Shown: piece by piece, positions 1 through 7,723 of the stretch | Numbering within the stretch: position 1 is the stretch's first letter | Layout of the letters: every line of letters begins with the position of its first letter | From: Candidatus Hadarchaeota archaeon | GTDB taxonomy: Archaea > Hadarchaeota > Hadarchaeia > Hadarchaeales > Hadarchaeaceae | Assembly: GCA_964514965.1 (NCBI GenBank) | Contig: CAZETV010000001.1 | Location: forward strand, 813,063-845,062 | Reading direction: 5' to 3' | Length of the DNA: 32,000 nt | Notes under the pieces: model-generated | Told to the model about the DNA's origin: nothing | Seen by the model: the letters and a program-made list of their open reading frames with translations, nothing else | The model's database searches: none | Position numbers and translations under genes: made by a program

Positions 1-146
1 AATCCATTCGTCGCGAAGGGTTGAGGGCGAGTAACAATAGATGCAGCCGTGCTCGCAACCCAAGTACGGGTTCAACGAGTACTTTAGCCCAGGCAGCTTG
101 CTGGGGGAAAGAGCGGTCTTACATTCTATTGACGAATATTCAACGC

Positions 147-1475
147 TCATGCGGCAAACTCCGTGATCTTTTTCTGGAACAGTGCACGTTTCAACATTTC
201 ACTGTTTTCAATCCACTTGCGTAGTGGAATAGTAAGTTTCGTCTGTACATGATTAAGTGCTGCTTGAAGGGTGTCGAACTTCTGTGGCTCGCTCTGCATC
301 GTTTGTCTGACGGACTCGCGCACATTCCAGACGCCAACAGGTAGGATGTAGCCGGGATGAATTTCTCGAAGCACTAGCGCCGAGGCCTGCCTCCGCTCTT
401 GATTCAACCTCTCGGCAACCGCCAGCCTGCAAGCGTAGTAACACCCACCAACATCGGGGTAAGTTGTCCGGCCTCGGTAGGGCTCGAAGTCCCCCATTAT
501 CGCTGGGGCGGCGGCACTTTTGTCGGGATTCCAAGTTGTGCCCGGGAACCAAGCCTCGATCCACTCGAAGCTCCAGCTTTCAGGCATCAGGATTGCGACG
601 AACAGGTTGTCAAGGTGTTTGAAAAAGTAGACACGATACTCGTCGATCGTGTTGTGTTGCTTTATTCGATTGATGAGCTCGAGGGATAGTATCGAGTCGA
701 CCGCTGTGATGCTCCAGCGGGTCGGGATGAGCTTCCTACGCTTTTGGAAGCCGAACATGCCCAAGCTGAAAGCCCGTTGGATGCGCGTGACCAAAACATC
801 ATCTTCGTAGAGCCCAACAACCGCATCAGCCGCCTTAAAGTCCCGGTCGTAGAATGCGCGTTCTATTCTGTGGTCAACACTCACGTCTGAAGTTTTGAAT
901 GATCGCAGCGGCGCGGAGGGACCGAATGGCTGGGACTCCCCGCTCAGGGTTATCACCTTGTTAGGAACTCTCGTGAGCATAGCTTCAGCATCGACGGGCC
1001 GCTTCCCCATAGCCAGCTCCTGAAGCGTGTCGAGTAGCCTCCCGCCGAATTGGGCGTTGTACACGCTTGCCCGCACCTTCCCACGGATTAGAGCGAAGCG
1101 ATAATCGATTATGTCTTGGATACTTTTTCCAACCCACAGCTCAGGAGTGTCGAGGATTTCGGTGTCGCCTTGGTAGGGAGGTACCATGGGGCCGATGTAA
1201 ACTTTGGGATAGCCTATGCGCCCGACGAATACTCCTGGGGGCGTCGAGCCCTGGATGTGCGGGGAGGGGATTTTCAGGCTCGATTTGGCGAGCGATTGCG
1301 CTTTGGCCACGATCGGGCATCTCAGCTTGCCACAGAGCATCCGCCCGCCCTTGCACAGCAGGCAAAGGGAGCTTGAGGGGGCTCGGGCAACTTTGATGTC
1401 TCTGAATGCCGCGAGTTCGCCAACTTGTTTGGTCGCGATGATGTCTCGAAGCCATTTAATATTAGTTGGTGGCAT
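147..1475 (-). CDS. Nre family archaeal DNA repair protein
   Basis: 442 aa ORF with N-terminal LCLLCKGGRMLCGKLRCP zinc-finger-like motif, Nre-like body, C-terminal QKKITEFAA resembling a PCNA-interacting motif. Confidence 0.85.
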   Translation of the reverse strand: MPPTNIKWLRDIIATKQVGELAAFRDIKVARAPSSSLCLLCKGGRMLCGKLRCPIVAKAQSLAKSSLKIPSPHIQGSTPPGVFVGRIGYPKVYIGPMVPPYQGDTEILDTPELWVGKSIQDIIDYRFALIRGKVRASVYNAQFGGRLLDTLQELAMGKRPVDAEAMLTRVPNKVITLSGESQPFGPSAPLRSFKTSDVSVDHRIERAFYDRDFKAADAVVGLYEDDVLVTRIQRAFSLGMFGFQKRRKLIPTRWSITAVDSILSLELINRIKQHNTIDEYRVYFFKHLDNLFVAILMPESWSFEWIEAWFPGTTWNPDKSAAAPAIMGDFEPYRGRTTYPDVGGCYYACRLAVAERLNQERRQASALVLREIHPGYILPVGVWNVRESVRQTMQSEPQKFDTLQAALNHVQTKLTIPLRKWIENSEMLKRALFQKKITEFAA

Positions 1476-1524
1476 ACAATACCCATTATACTCGGCGTAT
1501 TGGCCAATAAATGGTGGAAGTTAT

Positions 1525-2529
1525 TTGAGATTTTATGATTTTGAATCGGCGCGGGTCAAGCGATTTCTAAGGCAACACAAGGCGAGGCGAGCAGCGATTC
1601 AGCTCCCTGCAGGTTTGAAGGAACACATACAAGAAATCGTGGAACCTTTCGCTGAGATGGGTGTCCAGACACTCGTGTTGGCGGACAGTTGTTATGGCGC
1701 CTGCGATTTGGCCGATGTAAAGGCAAAGCAGCTTGGGTGTGATGTGCTGGTTCACTATGGACATGCAGACATGGGACTGCCCGCCTGTTTGCCAGCGCTC
1801 TACATCGAGGCACGAATGCCGGCTGACCCGCTCGGGGTGGTTGAGCGAGCGCTGTCCGAGTTGAAGTTCAAGCGCGTGGGGCTGCTCACTACAGTTCAAC
1901 ACATTGCCCGCCTGCTGGATGTAGCGAAACTCCTCAGCTCAAGCGGGATAAAACCGTTTATCGGCAGACCTGGAACGAGGGCGAAGTATCCCGGACAACT
2001 TCTGGGTTGTGATTTCGGCTGTGCCCGCTCGGTCGCCGCCTACGTTGACGGTTTTCTTTACATCGGTACAGGTGAATTTCACCCGCTAGGTGCAGCGCTC
2101 GCGACTGGCAAGCAGGTTTTAGCCGTAAACCCAGTTTTGGAGGGCTTCAAGACGCTAGCTCCGGATATCGACGCTTTCCTGCGGAGGAGAAAGGTGATGA
2201 TTGCCCGAGCTGCAGCGGGAGAGCGGTTCGGCGTCATCGTGAGCACAAAACCCGGACAAACCCGATTCAAGCTCGCGACGAGGATGGCTGAAGATTTAAA
2301 GCGGGCTGGAAAGGTTGCGCGCATACTCTCGGTAGACGAGGTTCGGTCAGAGGAGCTGGGTGATTTTGGGCTCGATGGATTCATCTGCGCCGCCTGCCCG
2401 CGCATACCAATTGATGATGCGGAGAGATTCGAGCGACCTATTTTGACCCCCTTTGAAGCGCGGGTCATGCTCGGGAAGGCAAAATTTGAGCCGTACAGAA
2501 TGGATGAGTTTAATAGGAAAGATTTTTGA
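1525..2529 (+). CDS. dph2: Diphthamide biosynthesis enzyme Dph2 (probable TTG start inside the longer 1216..2529 ORF)
   Basis: Similarity to Dph2: IQLPAGLKEHI, LADSCYGACDLAD, LLGCDFGCA, CPRIPIDDAERFERPILTPFEA; GGTGG 8 nt upstream of TTG 1525. Confidence 0.88.
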   Translation: MRFYDFESARVKRFLRQHKARRAAIQLPAGLKEHIQEIVEPFAEMGVQTLVLADSCYGACDLADVKAKQLGCDVLVHYGHADMGLPACLPALYIEARMPADPLGVVERALSELKFKRVGLLTTVQHIARLLDVAKLLSSSGIKPFIGRPGTRAKYPGQLLGCDFGCARSVAAYVDGFLYIGTGEFHPLGAALATGKQVLAVNPVLEGFKTLAPDIDAFLRRRKVMIARAAAGERFGVIVSTKPGQTRFKLATRMAEDLKRAGKVARILSVDEVRSEELGDFGLDGFICAACPRIPIDDAERFERPILTPFEARVMLGKAKFEPYRMDEFNRKDF

Positions 2530-2582
2530 TGTACTATCTAAGAAGATTTAAGTTCGTGGTAGATTAGTTAAGGTGGATTGAT

Positions 2583-3161
2583 ATGGAAGAAACAAAAACA
2601 GGCGATTTCGTCGTTCCGGGGGACTTCCTCGCAACCACAGAGGAGTTCGTTCCCGGTGATGGAGCATACGAAGAGGAGGGCAAGATATATTCCTCTTGCA
2701 CTGGCGTGGTGTTAGTCGATGTTCAAACTAAGCACATCTCGGTATTGTCCCGCGCAGCTGGGCCGCCAAAGTTAAAGCGCGGCGACACAGTAATCGGGCG
2801 GGTCGAGGATGTAAGAGACCAGAGCGCAAACGTTTACATAGGAGTTCTCAAGGGGCACGAGAGTAGGGAGCTCCCCCTCCCGAATATGGGCAACGTTCAC
2901 ATTTCACAAGTTCGCACTGGTTACGCCAAGGATATGCACCACCAGTTTAAATCCGGCGACATCATTCGCGCGCGGGTTCTGGACGCGCGCAGGGAGCCCG
3001 TCCAGCTTTCGACGGCTGGAGATAATCTAGGAGTAATCGTTGCGGCTTGTTCGCGCTGCCGTGCACCGCTCGAGCGAGAGGATTCCAAGCTTCGGTGCTT
3101 GGAGTGTGGCAATTTAGAGTTCCGGAAGCTCGCGAGCGATTACCGCCAAGGAGCCCTCTGA
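2583..3161 (+). CDS. csl4: Exosome complex RNA-binding protein Csl4
   Basis: N-terminal domain, S1-type domain, C-terminal zinc ribbon CSRCRAPL..LRCLECGN; adjacent to rpoL as in many archaea. Confidence 0.88.
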   Translation: MEETKTGDFVVPGDFLATTEEFVPGDGAYEEEGKIYSSCTGVVLVDVQTKHISVLSRAAGPPKLKRGDTVIGRVEDVRDQSANVYIGVLKGHESRELPLPNMGNVHISQVRTGYAKDMHHQFKSGDIIRARVLDARREPVQLSTAGDNLGVIVAACSRCRAPLEREDSKLRCLECGNLEFRKLASDYRQGAL

Positions 3162-3385
3162 TGCAAAAACAAAAGCGAGTCATCAACGTGAGGGTGAAGG
3201 ACGTTTCCCAGCTGGTCACGTTGATGGAGAAACTTGGGAAGCTAGAAGTGGATTTAATTGCGGAGTCGCGCCCCAGAGCGGTCAAGATAGAAGTATTCAG
3301 CTCGAAGGAGGAAGCCCGCGAGCTGGAGCACAAGATAATGGGGGTTTCCTCAAAAACTCGCAATCATCATAAGTCAATGGGATAA
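3161..3385 (+). CDS. Small conserved-looking protein (74 aa) between csl4 and rpoL
   Basis: ATG at 3161 overlaps the csl4 stop (TGATG); the track ORF starts further upstream at 3047 but that portion overlaps csl4. Confidence 0.65.
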   Translation: MQKQKRVINVRVKDVSQLVTLMEKLGKLEVDLIAESRPRAVKIEVFSSKEEARELEHKIMGVSSKTRNHHKSMG

Positions 3386-3399
3386 ACTAAGTAAGGTGC

Positions 3400-3687
3400 A
3401 TGGTAGTGGAACTTGAAATTATTGAAAAAGGCGATGGGGCGCTGCTGATGAAGGTAAGGGAAGAGGATCATACCCTCTGCAACCTTTTGCGCAAAGCCCT
3501 GCTCAGCGACAAATACGTCGTTGCGGCATCCTACGCAATCGAGCACCCTCTCACGGAGTCTCCCAAGTTTTACGTTAAGACAAAAAAAGGAAAGACTCCC
3601 GAACGCGCTCTCGTGGACGCTGCTGATCAACTAGCGGGACAGTTGAAAGAGCTACAGAAGCAGTTGCAGCAAGAGCTCAAGAAATGA
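3400..3687 (+). CDS. rpoL: DNA-directed RNA polymerase subunit L (Rpo11)
   Basis: DHTLCNLLRKALL...VVAASYAIEHPL motif of Rpo11/RpoL. Confidence 0.92.
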   Translation: MVVELEIIEKGDGALLMKVREEDHTLCNLLRKALLSDKYVVAASYAIEHPLTESPKFYVKTKKGKTPERALVDAADQLAGQLKELQKQLQQELKK

Positions 3688-4322
3688 TATCGGAGCGCTC
3701 CTCGCGGGGACTTGAGTTGCAAAAAGTCAAATTTTGGCAGATAAAGCCAGAGATACGGATTCTCGGAATAGACGATGGGCCGTTTGAGCGACGCGCGAGG
3801 GGGGCAGTTCCGCTCGTAGGAACGGTCTTCAGGGGAGGGCGATGGCTGGACGGAGTTATGAGAACCACCATCGAGCAGGACGGCACCGATGTGACCGAAC
3901 GCGTGGTTGAGATGGTCAACCGAAGCCGTCACCGGGAGCAGCTCAGGATAGTGATGACGGACGGTGTGACATTCGCCGGCTTTAATGTGCTCGATACCAA
4001 GAAAGTATTCGAGCAAACAGGTTTACCGATCATCGTCGTCTCCAGGGAGTTACCGGATATGGTGAATGTCAAAAAAGCTATCAAGCATCTCCCCAACTGG
4101 CGCGAGCGTTGGGAGATAATTAAAAGTTCTGGCAAGATTTATCCGGTGAATACTAAACGTCGAGCGGCGCCAGTCTACATGCAGTTTGTCGGCATGGGGC
4201 GTGCCGATGCCGAACAGGTGGTAAAATTAAGCTCGACGCGCAGTTTAATTCCGGAGCCGTTAAGGGTCGCGCACTTGATTGCCACGGCCATGGTGCGAGG
4301 CGAGAGTTACGGGAGGGCCTAG
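3684..4322 (+). CDS. DUF99 family protein (endonuclease V-like fold)
   Basis: KPEIRILGIDDGPF and GVTFAGFNVLD motifs characteristic of DUF99. Confidence 0.85.
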   Translation: MISERSSRGLELQKVKFWQIKPEIRILGIDDGPFERRARGAVPLVGTVFRGGRWLDGVMRTTIEQDGTDVTERVVEMVNRSRHREQLRIVMTDGVTFAGFNVLDTKKVFEQTGLPIIVVSRELPDMVNVKKAIKHLPNWRERWEIIKSSGKIYPVNTKRRAAPVYMQFVGMGRADAEQVVKLSSTRSLIPEPLRVAHLIATAMVRGESYGRA

Positions 4323-4323
4323 C

Positions 4324-4872
4324 TTGGCGAGAAAAAAATCAAAGTTGCGTGTAGCTAAGAAAGTTGTAGTGAATATATTAGGCCGCCCTATCGTCAAAGG
4401 ATTGCTGAAATACATCTTGGTTCTGGCTATACTCTATTTCAGCGTGAGTGGTGTTCTGGTCTTGGCCCTCCGCGCTGACCCGTATTGGAGGGCGGTCATA
4501 TCCAACAGCATGAAACATCAGGATGAGAGCTGGAGGGAATATTTCGAGGCACATGATTACGACCCTTCCCAATTTCCGATTCAAGATGGGTTCGAGCGTG
4601 GGGACATGCTCATCATCGAGGGCGTGGGGTCCGTCACGGAAATATCGATCGGTGATGTCATCGTATTCGACACCGGTCAACCAACGCCGCTCGTCCACCG
4701 GGTCGTAGACATAAGAAACGAGAACGGAGAAGTTCGGTTAACGACGAGAGGGGATGCTAACAGAGGAAGTTTATCCGTGGAAAAGTCAATAAAACCCGAG
4801 CAACTAATAGGAAAGGTAATTTTCGTAATCCCGAAGCTCGGCTATCTGTCGCTCTGGTTCCATGGAAGTTGA
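4324..4872 (+). CDS. Archaeal signal peptidase I-like membrane protein (probable TTG start)
   Basis: Single N-terminal TM segment, S...M near FERGDMLIIEG, GDVIVFDTGQPTPLVHRVV, TRGDANRG. Confidence 0.8.
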   Translation: MARKKSKLRVAKKVVVNILGRPIVKGLLKYILVLAILYFSVSGVLVLALRADPYWRAVISNSMKHQDESWREYFEAHDYDPSQFPIQDGFERGDMLIIEGVGSVTEISIGDVIVFDTGQPTPLVHRVVDIRNENGEVRLTTRGDANRGSLSVEKSIKPEQLIGKVIFVIPKLGYLSLWFHGS

Positions 4873-5269
4873 TGGCATGGCGCGGTGCCCAATGCTCGCG
4901 GTCGATGTGGTCATTCGAACTCCCGATGGCGTGGTGCTGATCAAGCGGAAGAACGAACCGTACAAGGGGAGGTGGGCGATACCTGGCGGATTCGTGCGTT
5001 ATGGCGAAAGAGTTGAAGATGCAGCGGCACGCGAGGTGAAGGAGGAAACAAGTTTAAGAGTCAAGCTGAGGGGGCTTGTGGGCGTTTACTCGGACCCAAA
5101 GCGCGATCCGAGGGGGCATGTTGTCAGCGTATGTTTTTTGGCAGAAAGGGCGGGTGGCAGATTAAAAGCAAGCAGTGATGCTAAAGATATAAAAATTTTC
5201 AAGCAAATTCCTTGGCGCGAGCTGGCGTTCGACCATGCACGGATTTTAAAGGACGCAGGGGTTAAGTGA
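4862..5269 (+). CDS. NUDIX hydrolase
   Basis: Nudix box GGFVRYGERVEDAAAREVKEETSL. Confidence 0.9.
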   Translation: MEVDGMARCPMLAVDVVIRTPDGVVLIKRKNEPYKGRWAIPGGFVRYGERVEDAAAREVKEETSLRVKLRGLVGVYSDPKRDPRGHVVSVCFLAERAGGRLKASSDAKDIKIFKQIPWRELAFDHARILKDAGVK

Positions 5270-5273
5270 GTGC

Positions 5274-5600
5274 ATGCAATTCTGTCCGAAGTGTGGAAGC
5301 CTGATGCTACCAAAGCAGGGGAAGCAGGGGCCAATCCTCGTTTGCGGTAGCTGCGGGTATATTGCGAAAGCAGAAAAATTGGAAGAATACAAACTCGTCA
5401 AACCAGCCAAGCAGAAGGAGACGATAACGGTGATAGATGAGGGAGCGAAGCCGGCCCTACCGACCACTAGAGTCGAATGTCCTAAATGCGGGCACGGCAC
5501 AGCCCACTGGTGGCTGAGGCAGACGCGCGCAGCAGACGAGGCGACGACACGTTTCTACCGTTGTGCAAAGTGCGGCCACACTTGGAGAGAATACACATAG
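5274..5600 (+). CDS. tfs: Transcription factor S (TFS)
   Basis: Two zinc ribbons: CPKCGSLM...CGSCGY and CPKCGHGTAHWWLRQTRAADEATTRFYRCAKCGHTWREY. Confidence 0.95.
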   Translation: MQFCPKCGSLMLPKQGKQGPILVCGSCGYIAKAEKLEEYKLVKPAKQKETITVIDEGAKPALPTTRVECPKCGHGTAHWWLRQTRAADEATTRFYRCAKCGHTWREYT

Positions 5601-5651
5601 CATCAGATGGAATTAAAACGTAAAAGGTAGATATGAAAAAACGATGAGGGC

Positions 5652-6011
5652 TTGGGCATGGAGGAACTTAGACCGCACAGAAAGCCAGCGCGCAGCAGAA
5701 AAATTTCAGAGATAAAAATAGGCGATGAGCAGGTGAGGATAGTCGGGCTGGTCGTTGACAAGAAGGAAGCCGAATTTGTGCTCGACGATGGCTCGGGTCA
5801 TCTCACCGTGTTTTTCGACGACCCCGCGGTGGTTGAAGGCGTGGAGGTAGGGTCAAAAATCAGGGTATTCGGGATGCCGCTGAACGTCGCTGGCACCCAC
5901 GAACTGCGGGCTGAAATCGTGCAGAAGATGGAAGGGTTGGACTTGGAACTGTATGAAGAAGTCAGGCGCGAAGTTAAAAAATTGGAGAAAGAACTCGAGG
6001 AGGGTGGATGA
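5652..6011 (+). CDS. Small OB-fold nucleic-acid-binding protein (RPA-like)
   Basis: RIVGLVVDKKEAEFVLDDGSGHLTVFFDD OB-fold pattern; lies immediately upstream of PCNA. Confidence 0.7.
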   Translation: MGMEELRPHRKPARSRKISEIKIGDEQVRIVGLVVDKKEAEFVLDDGSGHLTVFFDDPAVVEGVEVGSKIRVFGMPLNVAGTHELRAEIVQKMEGLDLELYEEVRREVKKLEKELEEGG

Positions 6012-6012
6012 A

Positions 6013-6768
6013 ATGGTAAGTGTCAAGATGACGGATTCGAAGACTTGGAAAACATGCGTGGGCGCGATGGTGAACCTCATCGACGAGGCGGCATTCAAGT
6101 TCACTCCCGAGGGCATCAAGATGAAGGCGATGGACCCCTCGCACGTCGCGCTTTTGGATTTCGAGTTGCCGGCTTCGGCGTTCGAGGAGTACACGGTCAA
6201 GCAGCCAACGACTTTGGGCATAGGCCTCACCGAGATGAACAAGATTCTGGCGCGCGCCAAGGCCGAGGACGGGCTAATCCTCGAGCTCGATGAGGAGAAA
6301 AATCGTTTGGCCCTCACATTCAAGGGGGTATCGACGAGGCGCCTCAGCTTGCCTCTCATAGATGTGAGCGAGGCGGAGTTGCCCGAGCCAAAGCTTCAGT
6401 TAACCGCGACCGCTGATGTGGCGGCGGGGGTGATTCAGGATGGATTGAAGGACGCAGAGATCGTGGGGGACAATGTGAAATTCGAATTGAGCGAGGACGG
6501 ATTTTTCCTTTCTGCTGAGAGCGATAAGGGCACCTCTGAACTTAAACTGCGCAAGGGAGACCAAGGGCTGCTGAAGCTCAGCGTCAAGCAACCGGCGCAT
6601 GCGATGTTCAACATAAAATATCTTAGCGACATGACGAAGGCGGCAGGGTCGTCGGAAGTCGTCACCATCAACTTGGGCACGGACTTGCCGATTCAGCTGG
6701 ATTTACCGGTCGCCGAGGGCAAAGGTAAACTGCGGTTCTTGTTGGCCCCAAGGATTGAGGCGGAGTGA
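6013..6768 (+). CDS. pcn: DNA polymerase sliding clamp PCNA (start at 6013 rather than 5953)
   Basis: MVSVKMTDSKTWKTCVGAMVNLIDEAAFKFTPEGIKMKAMDPSHVALLDFELP; LKLRKGDQGLLKL; full-length clamp. Confidence 0.95.
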   Translation: MVSVKMTDSKTWKTCVGAMVNLIDEAAFKFTPEGIKMKAMDPSHVALLDFELPASAFEEYTVKQPTTLGIGLTEMNKILARAKAEDGLILELDEEKNRLALTFKGVSTRRLSLPLIDVSEAELPEPKLQLTATADVAAGVIQDGLKDAEIVGDNVKFELSEDGFFLSAESDKGTSELKLRKGDQGLLKLSVKQPAHAMFNIKYLSDMTKAAGSSEVVTINLGTDLPIQLDLPVAEGKGKLRFLLAPRIEAE

Positions 6769-6817
6769 TTTCGCGTAAAGGGAAGTGTGTTAAAGAGAAA
6801 AAGGATCAAAAAGTTCG

Positions 6818-6943
6818 ATGAGTATTAGAAAAATTGGAACCGTAATTAGAGAGAAGCCGATAAAATTGGTGCAGTATTTGAGACGGGAGAAGGAGAGGTA
6901 TGAACCAGTTGTGATTTCGAAATGTATGATAAAGCGAATCTAA
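6818..6943 (+). CDS. Possible 41-aa ORF (MSIRKIGTVIREKPIKLVQYLRREKERYEPVVISKCMIKRI)
   Basis: Read directly from sequence; below the ORF-track length cutoff; no recognised family. Confidence 0.3.
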   Translation: MSIRKIGTVIREKPIKLVQYLRREKERYEPVVISKCMIKRI

Positions 6944-7107
6944 AGGCGCTTTCCTAACACCAATGGGGGGAGGCACCTATTTCTTTTTTCTTTTCTTTTC
7001 CCCAACCAATCTTCTCTTATGGTCTTGCTTACGCTTTTTCTGCCATCTCCTGTGATTAGTTTCCTTTCCAATCCCCTTGCTGTTGTAGGTCCTTTCTTTT
7101 TTGTCAT
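6940..7107 (-). CDS. Possible 55-aa basic ORF downstream of the HNH gene
   Basis: ATG at 7107 to TAG at 6940: MTKKKGPTTARGLERKLITGDGRKSVSKTIREDWLGKRKEKR...; convergent with the 41-aa ORF. Confidence 0.3.
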   Translation of the reverse strand: MTKKKGPTTARGLERKLITGDGRKSVSKTIREDWLGKRKEKRNRCLPPLVLGKRL

Positions 7108-7133
7108 CTTACCACATCTAACTTTATTTCAGA

Positions 7134-7502
7134 CTAAAATAAATCATACGGAGACTTTGTTATTTTCTTTTTTATTAGTTTTCCAGTAATAGGCTCTACA
7201 TAATATCCTTCAGGAATTCGTCTTCCAGTAATAGGCTCTATGTAATAACGTTTTTTCTCCCCTTTCTTAATTCGTTTCTTGTGCTCTACTTCTGCATGAC
7301 AAGTTGGGCATAAGATACGAAGATTGCTCAATCGATTGTTATTACGGTTCCCATCTCTGTGATGTATGTGCCATACCGCCTCTAATTGCCTATGGCAACG
7401 CTGACATTTATGACGTGCTCTAGCCAATGCTTCTTTTCGATAGGATGTGGGGACTGGCTTTCTTCTCTCCCTTTTCTCTCCACCATACCAATTAAATGCC
7501 AT
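7134..7502 (-). CDS. Small HNH endonuclease-domain protein
   Basis: CQRCHRQLEAVWHIHHRDGNRNNNRLSNLRILCPTCHAEVEHKK HNH motif with two CxxC pairs. Confidence 0.8.
   Translation of the reverse strand: MAFNWYGGEKRERRKPVPTSYRKEALARARHKCQRCHRQLEAVWHIHHRDGNRNNNRLSNLRILCPTCHAEVEHKKRIKKGEKKRYYIEPITGRRIPEGYYVEPITGKLIKKKITKSPYDLF
7181..7240 (-). repeat. Direct repeat of TTCCAGTAATAGGCTCTA (7181-7198 and 7223-7240) inside the HNH gene
   Basis: 18 nt identical at a 42-nt period, encoding repeated YY(I/V)EPITG. Confidence 0.8.
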
Positions 7503-7581
7503 GGGCTAACCTCGTATAGAAACTTAATTTTCGCATATTAAAATCTCCTCTTTAGGGCGAGTTCTGCATGTTGTACGCTTG

Positions 7582-7643
7582 GAGTTTGCTCGGATTGGCT
7601 AGAAGGGTAGCGCAGCATGCTCAGATGGCCATTGAGCAAGCTC
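7582..7643. other. Intergenic 10-bp stem-loop upstream of priL
   Basis: GAGTTTGCTC (7582-7591) pairs with GAGCAAGCTC (7634-7643) with one G-U pair. Confidence 0.4.
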
Positions 7644-7723
7644 GAAAGTAGGAAAATTATAAAAAGTTAAAATTCAACCTTCATTTCCACTGAAAGTTTT
7701 TAGGTTAGCCATTTCAAATCGAT

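Noticed and set aside
7500-7536. 13-codon ORF with AGGAG upstream of the small HNH gene, possible leader or frameshifted true start
   Set aside because: Too short and in a different frame; no evidence beyond one SD-like sequence.
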